DNA of 64,000 nucleotides from NCBI GenBank assembly GCA_947306365.1, contig CAMZGD010000004.1, positions 52,531-116,530 on the forward strand. Direction: 5' to 3'. The notes under the pieces were generated by a model. That model did no database searches, had not been told where the DNA came from, and saw only the letters and a program-made list of their open reading frames with translations. The stretch's first letter is position 1, and the number at the start of each line of letters is the position of its first letter. Both the position numbers and the translations under genes were made by a program. This document shows, piece after piece, positions 54,376 through 63,050 of this stretch. Source of the DNA: an uncultured Bacteroidales bacterium (GTDB lineage: Bacteria > Bacteroidota > Bacteroidia > Bacteroidales > UBA932).

Positions 54376-55293
54376 ATGAAACATCTCAAACTGTTTTTGG
54401 CGGCCGTCTGCTTGGCGCTGTGCTTCACGGCAGGGGCGCAGAGCCAGGATGCGATGCGTCTGAACGAATACCTGGTGGTCAATACCGACGACTTCCAGGA
54501 CGACTTCGGACAGCAGAACGCCTGGATCGAGCTCTTCAACTCCTCCTACGGCACGGTGGACATCGCAGGATGCTTCCTCTCCGACGATCCCGCCAACCTG
54601 AAGAAATATGCCATCCCCGGCGGTGACATCCAGACCAAGATCAAACCCCGCCAGCACGTCCTTTTCTGGGCGGACAACCAGCCGTACCGCGGCACGTTCC
54701 ACGTGTCTTTCGACCTTTCGGACGCCGATGAAATCATCTTCACGAAAGGTGACGGCAAGACCATCATCGACCGTATCAAGGTGCGCCACGACCTGCCGGA
54801 GAATGTTTCCTTCGGCCGCGCGATGGACGGCATCGGATCCGTAGACGGTGCAGGTGAAGGCTGGGCCGTTATGGAACGCACTTCCCCGAGCACCAACAAC
54901 ACCCTCGTCGACAAGGCTGCCAAGCCCGACCGTATGAAGGCGCTGGATCCCTATGGCTGGATCCTGGCCCTGACGGCGATGTCGGTGGTGTTCCTGGCGC
55001 TGATCCTCCTCTACTTCATCTTCAAGGCCATCGGCAACGCCAACATCCGCGCGGGCAAGAAGCGCGCGGCGGCCGTTGCCGGCACCGACGTGAAGGAATC
55101 GCAGTATGGTGAAATCCCCGGCGAAGTCTATGCGGCCATTGCCACGGCCATGCATCTGTACTTGCAGGACGATGAAGGCCACGACGAGGAGAGTTTCGTC
55201 GTGACGCTCCACCACACGGACCGCACCTACTCGCCGTGGAGCTCGAAGATCTACACGCTCCGCGAGACACCTGTCGTCAACAAAAGAAGATAA
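54376..55293 (+). CDS. OadG-family small subunit fused to an N-terminal extracytoplasmic lamin-tail-like (LTD) domain
   Basis: 305 aa. Signal peptide, an LTD-like segment (LNEYLVVNTDDFQDDFGQQNAWIELFNSS...IAGCFLSDD), then the OadG-type TM helix WILALTAMSVVFLALILLYFIFKAIG. Located between mmdA and mmdC. Confidence 0.7.
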   Translation: MKHLKLFLAAVCLALCFTAGAQSQDAMRLNEYLVVNTDDFQDDFGQQNAWIELFNSSYGTVDIAGCFLSDDPANLKKYAIPGGDIQTKIKPRQHVLFWADNQPYRGTFHVSFDLSDADEIIFTKGDGKTIIDRIKVRHDLPENVSFGRAMDGIGSVDGAGEGWAVMERTSPSTNNTLVDKAAKPDRMKALDPYGWILALTAMSVVFLALILLYFIFKAIGNANIRAGKKRAAAVAGTDVKESQYGEIPGEVYAAIATAMHLYLQDDEGHDEESFVVTLHHTDRTYSPWSSKIYTLRETPVVNKRR

Positions 55294-55314
55294 CCGCCTA
55301 ACCCAGAAAAGAAA

Positions 55315-55758
55315 ATGAAAGAGTATAAAATCAAGATCAACGGTAACAACTACAACATTACCATCGACGATGTTGAGGGCAACGCCGCCAAGGTGGAAGT
55401 TAACGGAACCCCGTACAACGTCGAATTCGAGAAACCCATCTCGAAACCCAAGACCATCAGCGTGGTCAACAAGCCCGCCACCGCTCCGGCCGCAGGTCCC
55501 GCCCCGGCCAGCAAACCGGCTGCGGCTGCCGCTCCCGCTGCCGCCGGCGGTGCCACCGTCAATTCCCCGCTCCCGGGCGTCGTGCTCGAACTGAAGGTGA
55601 AGGACGGCGACAAGGTCACCAAGGGCCAGGTCATCATGGTGCTCGAAGCCATGAAGATGGAGAACGCCATCGAGGCTCCCTGCGAAGGTGTCATCACGCT
55701 CAAGGCCCAGAAGGGCGACTCCGTCCTTGAAGGCGCTACGTTAGCAATCATCGCATAA
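55315..55758 (+). CDS. mmdC: biotin carboxyl carrier subunit of methylmalonyl-CoA decarboxylase
   Basis: 147 aa. Ala/Pro linker and the biotinylation motif EAMKMEN. Confidence 0.9.
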   Translation: MKEYKIKINGNNYNITIDDVEGNAAKVEVNGTPYNVEFEKPISKPKTISVVNKPATAPAAGPAPASKPAAAAAPAAAGGATVNSPLPGVVLELKVKDGDKVTKGQVIMVLEAMKMENAIEAPCEGVITLKAQKGDSVLEGATLAIIA

Positions 55759-55768
55759 CACACGCCGT

Positions 55769-56911
55769 ATGGGACATATCATTGAAAACCTGAGACAATT
55801 CTGGCAGTTCACCGGGTTCGCGAACTTCGAGTGGGGCTACCTCATCATGATCGCGATCGGATGCCTGTTCATCTTTCTCGCCATCAAGTATGAGTGGGAG
55901 CCGATGCTGCTGGTTCCGATCGGATTCGGTATCCTGATCGGCAACATCCCCCTCTTCGCCGGCCTGAATGTCGGCGTGTATGAGGAGGGGTCCGTGCTCA
56001 ACATCCTGTACCAGGGCGTGCAGCGGGGCTTCTATCCGCCGCTGATCTTCCTGGGCATCGGGGCGATGACCGACTTCTCCTCCCTGATCGCCAATCCGAA
56101 GCTGCTGCTGATCGGCGCCGCCGCCCAGTTCGGCATCTTCGGCGCCTACGCCATTTCGCTGGCCCTCGGATTCGATGCCGCCCAGGCCGGTGCCATCGGC
56201 ATCATCGGCGGTGCGGACGGCCCGACGGCCATTTTCCTGTCGTCCCGTCTGGCTCCGACCCTGATGGGCGCCATCGCGGTCTCCGCCTACTCTTACATGG
56301 CCCTTGTCCCGGTGATCCAGCCGCCGATCATGCGCCTGCTCACCACCAAGAAGGAGCGCCTGATCCGGATGAAGCCGCCGCGTCCGGTTTCCCCGACCGA
56401 GAAGAAGCTCTTCCCGATCATCGGCTTCCTCCTCACGGCCTTCATCGTGCCGTCGGGCATTCCGCTGCTCGGCATGCTCTTCTTCGGCAACCTGCTGAAA
56501 GAAAGCGGCGTGACGAAGCGTCTGGCCAACACGGCCAGCGGCCCGCTGGTGGACATCGTGACGATCCTCATCGGCGTGACGGTGGGTGCCTCGACACAGG
56601 CCAGCCAGTTCCTCCGCTGGGAATCCGTGAAGATCTTCATCATCGGCGCCCTGTCGTTCGTGATCGCCACCTTCGCCGGCGTGCTCTTCGTGAAGTTCTT
56701 CAACCTCTTCCTCAAGGAAGGCAACAAGATCAACCCGCTCATCGGCAACTCCGGCGTATCGGCCGTTCCCGACGCCGCCCGCGTTTCGAACAACGTCGGC
56801 CTCGAGTACGATCCGAAGAACTACCTGCTGATGCACGCCATGGGCCCGAACGTGGCCGGCGTCATCGGCTCCGCCGTCGCGGCAGGTATGCTGCTCGGAT
56901 TCTTAGGTTAA
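55769..56911 (+). CDS. mmdB: sodium ion-translocating decarboxylase beta subunit
   Basis: 380 aa polytopic membrane protein of OadB/MmdB type (IGGADGPTAIF, GNSGVSAVP). Confidence 0.92.
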   Translation: MGHIIENLRQFWQFTGFANFEWGYLIMIAIGCLFIFLAIKYEWEPMLLVPIGFGILIGNIPLFAGLNVGVYEEGSVLNILYQGVQRGFYPPLIFLGIGAMTDFSSLIANPKLLLIGAAAQFGIFGAYAISLALGFDAAQAGAIGIIGGADGPTAIFLSSRLAPTLMGAIAVSAYSYMALVPVIQPPIMRLLTTKKERLIRMKPPRPVSPTEKKLFPIIGFLLTAFIVPSGIPLLGMLFFGNLLKESGVTKRLANTASGPLVDIVTILIGVTVGASTQASQFLRWESVKIFIIGALSFVIATFAGVLFVKFFNLFLKEGNKINPLIGNSGVSAVPDAARVSNNVGLEYDPKNYLLMHAMGPNVAGVIGSAVAAGMLLGFLG

Positions 56912-56982
56912 CGGGGCGCTGCCCCGAACCCCGCGCCTCCCGGCCTTAGTACTTTGCTAATGCTGGGAGGTGTTGGTTAATC

Positions 56983-56990
56983 TAACTTTG
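56983..56990 (+). promoter_or_regulatory. -7 promoter box TAACTTTG for the VanX-like dipeptidase / MATE genes
   Basis: TAnnTTTG match 18 nt upstream of the ATG at 57009. Confidence 0.5.
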
Positions 56991-57008
56991 TATTATTCAT
57001 CGATTATT

Positions 57009-57752
57009 ATGAAATTTCTTCGTCCTTTCTTCTTTCTTGCCGCCATTTTGGTGTTTTCCTTTTCATCCTGTGGGACGCAGCAGAAATTGGCGTCTGGCGA
57101 GGGACGTTCCTCCAGGCCCGACGATCCAAGCGGGTTCGTCATGCTGACCGACGTGGTGCCCGACGTCATCCTGGAGATCCGCTATTTCAGTACCTTCAAT
57201 TTCGTGGGCACGCGCGTGGACGGCTATGAGGAACCCGTCGCCCTGATCACCCGCGAAGCCGCCGCCGCGCTCAAGGGCGTCAGCGACGAGATGATGGCGC
57301 GCGGCTACCGGCTCAAGATCTGGGATACCTACCGGCCGCAGATGGCCGTGGACCACTTCTGCCGCTGGGGCGAGAATGTGGCCGACACCCTCACCAAACG
57401 CTGGTTCTATCCGTATCTCGACAAGGATGTCGTCTTCGAGGAAGGCTACATCGCCCGCCGCAGCGGACATTCCCGCGGCTCGGTCGTCGACTTGACGCTC
57501 GTCGACATGAAGACAGGCCGCGACGTCGACATGGGCTACGGCTTCGACTGGTTCGGCATCGAATCGCATCCCGACTACACCGAGGGTCTCACGCCGGAAC
57601 AGGTCGCCAACCGCATGCTCCTCCGCGACGTCATGGTCCGCCACGGCTTCAAGCCTATCTCCGAAGAGTGGTGGCACTTCATCCTCGACAATGAGCCCTA
57701 CCCCGACACCTATTTCACTTTCCCTGTCCGTACCCTCAAACCGGAACGATAG
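57009..57752 (+). CDS. ddpX: D-alanyl-D-alanine dipeptidase (M15D, VanX/DdpX-like) lipoprotein
   Basis: Starts MKFLRPFFFLAAILVFSFSSCG. Zn/catalytic motifs SGHSRGSVVDLTL and EWWHF. Confidence 0.88.
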   Translation: MKFLRPFFFLAAILVFSFSSCGTQQKLASGEGRSSRPDDPSGFVMLTDVVPDVILEIRYFSTFNFVGTRVDGYEEPVALITREAAAALKGVSDEMMARGYRLKIWDTYRPQMAVDHFCRWGENVADTLTKRWFYPYLDKDVVFEEGYIARRSGHSRGSVVDLTLVDMKTGRDVDMGYGFDWFGIESHPDYTEGLTPEQVANRMLLRDVMVRHGFKPISEEWWHFILDNEPYPDTYFTFPVRTLKPER

Positions 57753-57761
57753 CCGCCCGCC

Positions 57762-59138
57762 ATGCCGAAGACCGCCCAGCGAGCCCTGAAGCAGGACGTC
57801 AAGTTCGTCCGGATGACGACCCAGCCCGTCGGCAGGCTCGTCACCGCGATGGCCGTCCCCTCCATCGTGAGCATGCTCGTATCCGGCATCTACAACCTGG
57901 CCGACACCTTCTTCATCGGGCAGATCAACACCCAGTCGGTCGCCGCGCTGGGCATCGTGTTCTCCTATATGGTGCTCATCCAGTCGGTCGCCATCTTCTT
58001 CGGGCAGGGATCGGGCAACTACATCTCACGGGCCCTGGGGCGCCGGGAGATCGGCGACGCCGAGGAAATGGCGGCCGTCGGACTGATTTCCTCCGTGCTG
58101 ACGGGCGCCGTCCTGGCCGCGCTGAGCTTCGCGTTCATGCGTCCGATCCTCGCCCTGCTGGGTTCGACGCCGACCATCCTTCCCTACGCCTGCGACTATT
58201 TCAGCTTCATCCTGCTCGGCGCGCCCTTCATCATGGGCACCTTCACGCTCAACAACCAGATGCGCCATCAGGGCAACGCCCTGCTCTCGATGATCGGCAT
58301 CGTATCGGGCGCCGTCCTCAACATCATCCTCGACCCGGTCTTCATCTTCGCGCTCGACCTGGGCATCCGGGGTGCCGGCATGGCGACCGCCATCTCGCAG
58401 TTCATCGGTTTCGGCATCATGCTTGGCATGACGGGAAGGCACGGAACGCTGCCGCTGCGGCTGTCGCATTTCAAGCCGACCTGGCGCCGTTACCACGACA
58501 TATCGGCAGGCGGTCTCCCGTCACTGGCCCGCCAGGGGCTGATGAGTGTCTCCGCCATCTGCCTCAACCAGATGGCCTCGATCTATGGTGATGCGGCCAT
58601 CGCCGGATTCTCCGTGGTCAGCCGCATCATGATGCTTGCCTGCGCCGCGATGATCGGCTACGGTCAGGGCTTTCAGCCCGTTTGCGGTTTCAACTACGGG
58701 GCCGGACTCTTCGACCGGGTCCGCAAGGCTTTCTGGCACAGCTGTCTCGTGGCGACCCTCTACTGCACCGTGCTGGCGGTGCTGGGCTGGGTGTTCGCGG
58801 ATCCGCTGGTCGCGCTCTTCCGCGCCGACGACCCGGAAGTGATCCGCATCGGCAGCGAAGTGCTCCGCTACCAGTGCCTGAGTTTCCCGCTGGTGGGATT
58901 CATCACGCTGGCCAACATGTATTTGCAGAACATCCGGAAGACACTCCCCGCCATCGTGATGGCATCCGCCCGGCAGGGGATCTTCTTCCTCCCCGCCCTC
59001 TTTGCCGGACACGCCCTCTGGGGCTTCACCGGCGTGGAAATCGCCCAGGCGCTGGCCGACGCGGGCGCTTTCCTCTTCGCCGTTCCCATGGTCCTCCATG
59101 CCCTGCACCAGATGGGCCGCGTGCCTGCCGCGAGATAA
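57762..59138 (+). CDS. MATE family efflux transporter
   Basis: 458 aa, 12 TM helices, typical MATE N-terminus (PSIVSMLVSGIYNLADTFFIGQ). Confidence 0.9.
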   Translation: MPKTAQRALKQDVKFVRMTTQPVGRLVTAMAVPSIVSMLVSGIYNLADTFFIGQINTQSVAALGIVFSYMVLIQSVAIFFGQGSGNYISRALGRREIGDAEEMAAVGLISSVLTGAVLAALSFAFMRPILALLGSTPTILPYACDYFSFILLGAPFIMGTFTLNNQMRHQGNALLSMIGIVSGAVLNIILDPVFIFALDLGIRGAGMATAISQFIGFGIMLGMTGRHGTLPLRLSHFKPTWRRYHDISAGGLPSLARQGLMSVSAICLNQMASIYGDAAIAGFSVVSRIMMLACAAMIGYGQGFQPVCGFNYGAGLFDRVRKAFWHSCLVATLYCTVLAVLGWVFADPLVALFRADDPEVIRIGSEVLRYQCLSFPLVGFITLANMYLQNIRKTLPAIVMASARQGIFFLPALFAGHALWGFTGVEIAQALADAGAFLFAVPMVLHALHQMGRVPAAR

Positions 59139-59157
59139 TATTAGTTCCGTCTCGCTG

Positions 59158-59191
59158 AAATCCCTTACAGAGCACTCTGTGAGGGATTTTT
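59158..59191 (+). terminator. intrinsic terminator after the MATE gene
   Basis: A 13-bp stem, AAATCCCTTACAG(59158-59170)/CTGTGAGGGATTT(59177-59189), running into a T5 tract. Confidence 0.8.
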
Positions 59192-59311
59192 CAGGCCTTC
59201 TATCATGTGCGTGGAGATTCACGGCTGTTGGTAGCGATTTAAGGGAGAGCCCTTAGCCCTGAAGTCTGGTCTTTTCAACTTTTCACATTGATAATAAGCT
59301 ACGAAAAGCGC

Positions 59312-59319
59312 TATATTTG
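59312..59319 (+). promoter_or_regulatory. -7 promoter box TATATTTG for the EcsC-like gene
   Basis: TAnnTTTG match ending 4 nt before the ATG at 59324, which implies a leaderless mRNA. Confidence 0.5.
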
Positions 59320-59323
59320 TATT

Positions 59324-60034
59324 ATGGCAGCATTGAATTTCAATAAAGTAATCAAGGCAGCGATGAAACTGCCGGTTGTGACTGTCGACAGAGAACCATT
59401 CCTTCGAAAAGAACTCGCCCCGTATCTGGATCGAGAGACCATTGACAAAGTAATCTTGAAAGGGCCTAAGGGACTGGTGGACAAGAAAATCATCGACCAG
59501 ATCGCCAACGGCTGCATCCGCTATCAGACGACGGCTGTCTGTTCGGTATCGGCCTTGGCCGGGCTTCCCGGCGGCTGGGCGATGGCCGGAACCATTCCGG
59601 CGGATGTCGCCCAGTTCTACGGCAACGCCATCGCGCTGGTCGAAAAGATGCTCTACTTGTACGGCTGGCCGGACATGCGGGATGAAAGCGGCGAGATCAA
59701 CGACCAGACCGCTCGCCTGATGATTCTATGGATAGGCGTCATGATGGGCGCGCAGGGCGCACAGGCAGCGGTCCGCTCGCTGCTCGACGTGATCAGGATT
59801 CAAGTGGAAAAACATCTTCTGGAAGCAGCGCTCAACCGGGCCTGGATCTATAGCATGGTCCAGCAAGTCTGCAAATGGATCGGCGTCAAGCTGACCGAAG
59901 ACGGATTCGCAAAAGCCATCGGCAAGGTAATCCCTCTTGCCGGCGCGCCCATATCTGCCGGCATCACCTACTTCACCTTCAAGCCGATGTGCCGCAAACT
60001 CAAGAAAGAGCTGGATTTCCAGTGGGAGAACTGA
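59324..60034 (+). CDS. hypothetical protein, EcsC-family-like
   Basis: About 236 aa from MAALNFNKVIKAAMKLP. The segment ALAGLPGGWAMAGTIPADVAQFYGNAIALVEKMLYLYGWPD and the C-terminal IPLAGAPISAGITYFTF resemble EcsC-family proteins (from memory, low certainty). GC3 is lower than in neighbours. Confidence 0.55.
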   Translation: MAALNFNKVIKAAMKLPVVTVDREPFLRKELAPYLDRETIDKVILKGPKGLVDKKIIDQIANGCIRYQTTAVCSVSALAGLPGGWAMAGTIPADVAQFYGNAIALVEKMLYLYGWPDMRDESGEINDQTARLMILWIGVMMGAQGAQAAVRSLLDVIRIQVEKHLLEAALNRAWIYSMVQQVCKWIGVKLTEDGFAKAIGKVIPLAGAPISAGITYFTFKPMCRKLKKELDFQWEN

Positions 60035-60063
60035 TTATTATTGGCAAAGACTGTTTTTCTTCG

Positions 60064-60071
60064 TAATTTTG
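60064..60071 (+). promoter_or_regulatory. -7 promoter box TAATTTTG for the V-type ATPase operon
   Basis: TAnnTTTG match 36 nt upstream of the ATG at 60108. Confidence 0.5.
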
Positions 60072-60107
60072 TTGGATATTCTTCGAAAGAAATAAATTGA
60101 GATACCT

Positions 60108-60722
60108 ATGCAAGACAAGTTACAGGAATTGACGGACCGGCTGTACAACGAGGGCCTGTCGAAAGGAAGGCAGGAAGCCGAGCAACTGCTGGCCAGGGCG
60201 CGCAAGGAAGCGCAGGCAATCGTGGCCGGCGCCCGCGATGAGGCGGAAGCCATCCGCACGGCCGCCGAGAAAGACGCTGCCGATACCCGCACGATGGTGG
60301 AAGGCGACCTGAAAATGGCCGCCACACAGGCCATCGCCGCCCTCAGGCAGCAGGTGGAATCGATGGTGGTCACCCAGGCCGTCGCCAAACCCGTCGGCGC
60401 CGCGCTCTCGGACGGCAAGTTCGTGCAGAGCCTCATCGCCACGGTCGTCAAGGCCTTCGACGCCGCCAACCCCGACGGCAAGGACCTGGAGGTCCTCCTC
60501 CCCGCTTCCGCGCAGAACGAACTGGAACAGGCCTTCACCAACGAAGCCGTCAAGACGCTGTCGTCCGGCCTTGAAGTCAAGAATGTAAAAGGCCTTGCCA
60601 ACGGATTCAAGATCGGTCCCAAGGACGGCGGCTTCCGGCTGAGCTTTACGGCCGACGACTTCACCGGACTGATCGGCGCATACCTCCGTCCCGCCACCAA
60701 AAAGATCCTGTTCGGCGAATAA
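60108..60722 (+). CDS. V-type ATP synthase subunit E
   Basis: 204 aa. N-terminal Ala/Glu/Arg-rich coiled coil (GRQEAEQLLARARKEAQAIVAGARDEAEAIR). First gene of the V-ATPase operon. Confidence 0.85.
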   Translation: MQDKLQELTDRLYNEGLSKGRQEAEQLLARARKEAQAIVAGARDEAEAIRTAAEKDAADTRTMVEGDLKMAATQAIAALRQQVESMVVTQAVAKPVGAALSDGKFVQSLIATVVKAFDAANPDGKDLEVLLPASAQNELEQAFTNEAVKTLSSGLEVKNVKGLANGFKIGPKDGGFRLSFTADDFTGLIGAYLRPATKKILFGE

Positions 60723-61285
60723 TGGCTGGCTACCCCTACATCATCGCCAGCTTTCCCGACCTGCTGCTCGATTTCGAACGGCACCCGCTCGATCCCGGCG
60801 CCGTCGTTGCCGACGTGAAGGGACTGCTTCCCGAAAAAGACCGGAAACTCGTCGACTGGCTGGAATTCGGACTTGACGGCAGCAACCTGAACGCCCACTT
60901 CTACCGGGGCATCCGACAGACCCGCTGCCGGTTCCTGACCGAATGGTTCGACTTCGACCGCAGGTTCCGGCTCGCCAAGGTGGCGTACCTGGAAGGGACG
61001 CCGTTCGAAGAGGAATTTCCGGAAAGCGACAAGGCGGCCATCCTCTTCCGGATCGACGACCTGCTGGAACGGGAAAAACTGCTTGACCGGCTGGCCTGGG
61101 ACAAGGCCGCTGAACTTGTGGACTTCGACATCCTGACGATCGACACGGTGCTGTCGCTGCTGGTCCGGCTCCACATCGCCGCACGCTGGAACCGGCTCGA
61201 TCCGGAAACCGGGGCGCGGCTCTTCAAGCAGCTCGTGAACGAAGTCAGGGGCACTTTCCAAGGAATCAACCCAGAACAATTATAA
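60722..61285 (+). CDS. DUF2764 family protein (V-ATPase operon accessory/C-like subunit of Bacteroidetes)
   Basis: 187 aa. 1-nt overlap with the subunit E stop (TAATG). Occupies the conserved position between E and A in Bacteroidetes V-ATPase operons. Confidence 0.7.
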   Translation: MAGYPYIIASFPDLLLDFERHPLDPGAVVADVKGLLPEKDRKLVDWLEFGLDGSNLNAHFYRGIRQTRCRFLTEWFDFDRRFRLAKVAYLEGTPFEEEFPESDKAAILFRIDDLLEREKLLDRLAWDKAAELVDFDILTIDTVLSLLVRLHIAARWNRLDPETGARLFKQLVNEVRGTFQGINPEQL

Positions 61286-61295
61286 CAGAAAGATA

Positions 61296-63050
61296 ATGGA
61301 GAAAACAACAGGTATCGTTACCGGCATCATCGCCAACCTGGTGACCGTCCGATTCGAAGGCGACGTGGCGCAGAATGAGATCTGCCACATCGACCTGGGC
61401 GGCACGAAAATGATGGCCGAGGTCATCAAGGTGTCGGGCAAGAACGCGTTCGTGCAGGTGTACGAGAGCACCCGCGGCCTGCGGCAGGGCGACCGGGTCG
61501 AATTCGACGGCCATATGCTCGAAGTCCAGCTCGGTCCGGGCCTCCTGTCCAGCAGCTACGACGGCCTGCAGAACAACCTTGCCACGATGGAAGGCGTGTT
61601 CCTCAAGCGCGGTGAATACACCGCGCCGCTGGACCACGACAAGGTCTGGCACTTCACCCCGATCGCGGCGCCGGGCGACACCGTCTATGCCGCAGACTGG
61701 CTGGGCGAAGTGAAGGAAGGATGGCTGCCGCACAAGATCATGGTCCCGTTCGCCTTCAAGGATACCTATACCGTCAAGTCCGTCGCCCCGGAAGGCGACT
61801 ACCGGATCGACGATACGATGGCCGTGCTGACCGATTCCCAGGGAATCGAGCACAAGGTCACGATGGTGCAGAAATGGCCCGTCAAGGTGGCCGTGGGCGG
61901 TTACGTCGAAAAGCCCCGTCCGTATCGCATCATGGAGACCGGCGTCCGCTGCATGGATACGCTCAACCCGATCGCCGAGGGCGGCACCGGCTTCATCCCG
62001 GGCCCGTTCGGCTGCGGCAAGACCGTGCTGCAGCACGCCATCGCCAAGCAGGGCGACGCCGAAGTGATCGTGATGGCCGCCTGCGGCGAACGCGCCAACG
62101 AGGTGGTGGAGATCTTCGCCGAATTCCCGGAACTGATCGACCCGCATACCGGCCGGCACCTGATGGAACGCACTACCATCATCTGCAACACGTCCAATAT
62201 GCCGGTCGCCGCGCGCGAAGCCTCGGTCTATACCGCGATGACCATCTGCGAGTATTACCGTGCGATGGGCATGAAGGCACTCCTGCTGGCCGACTCGACC
62301 TCCCGCTGGGCCCAGGCCCTGCGCGAGATGTCGAACCGTATGGAGGAACTCCCGGGCGCCGATGCGTTCCCGGTGGACCTCTCTGCCATCATCTCGAATT
62401 TCTACGCCCGCGCCGGCATCGTGAAGCTGCGCAACGGGCAGACCGGCGCCGTGACCTTCATCGGCACCGTATCCCCGGCCGGCGGCAACCTGAAAGAGCC
62501 CGTGACCGAATCGACGAAGAAAGCCGCGCGCTGCTTCTACTCGCTGGCCCAGGCCCGCGCCGACAAGAAACGATACCCCGCCGTCGACCCGATCGACTCC
62601 TATTCCAAGTATCTCGAGTATCCCGAAGTGGTGGAATACCTCAAGGAGCGCGTGGGCAAGGACTGGGTCGAGAAGGTGAACCGCGCCAAGAACCTGATCC
62701 GCCGCGGCAAGGAGATCGCCGAACAGATCAACATCCTCGGCGACGACGGCGTGCCCATCAGCTACCACGAGCAGTTCTGGAAGAGCGAACTCATCGACTT
62801 CGTGATCCTGCAGCAGGACGCGTTCGACCCGATCGATTCCCTTTGTCCGATGGAACGCCAGGAGTATATGCTCTCGCTCGTCCTCAGGATCTGCGACATT
62901 CCGTTCGAATTCGACGACTACGAGCAGTGCGCCGCCAAATACAAGGAGATCATCAATGTGCTCCGCCAGATGAACTATTCCGAATTCAAGAGCGAAGCCT
63001 TCAACGGCTACCTTGAACAGCTTAACACCCTTTTGTCCCATGAGCAGTAA
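61296..63050 (+). CDS. V-type ATP synthase subunit A (catalytic)
   Basis: 584 aa. Walker A GPFGCGKTVLQ and LLLADSTSRWAQALRE. Confidence 0.95.
   Translation: MEKTTGIVTGIIANLVTVRFEGDVAQNEICHIDLGGTKMMAEVIKVSGKNAFVQVYESTRGLRQGDRVEFDGHMLEVQLGPGLLSSSYDGLQNNLATMEGVFLKRGEYTAPLDHDKVWHFTPIAAPGDTVYAADWLGEVKEGWLPHKIMVPFAFKDTYTVKSVAPEGDYRIDDTMAVLTDSQGIEHKVTMVQKWPVKVAVGGYVEKPRPYRIMETGVRCMDTLNPIAEGGTGFIPGPFGCGKTVLQHAIAKQGDAEVIVMAACGERANEVVEIFAEFPELIDPHTGRHLMERTTIICNTSNMPVAAREASVYTAMTICEYYRAMGMKALLLADSTSRWAQALREMSNRMEELPGADAFPVDLSAIISNFYARAGIVKLRNGQTGAVTFIGTVSPAGGNLKEPVTESTKKAARCFYSLAQARADKKRYPAVDPIDSYSKYLEYPEVVEYLKERVGKDWVEKVNRAKNLIRRGKEIAEQINILGDDGVPISYHEQFWKSELIDFVILQQDAFDPIDSLCPMERQEYMLSLVLRICDIPFEFDDYEQCAAKYKEIINVLRQMNYSEFKSEAFNGYLEQLNTLLSHEQ

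Noticed and set aside
57009-57752. VanX-like dipeptidase as a vancomycin-resistance determinant
   Set aside because: There are no vanH/vanA ligase or vanRS genes in the neighbourhood. The lipoprotein signal suggests a periplasmic cell-wall recycling DdpX-type enzyme.
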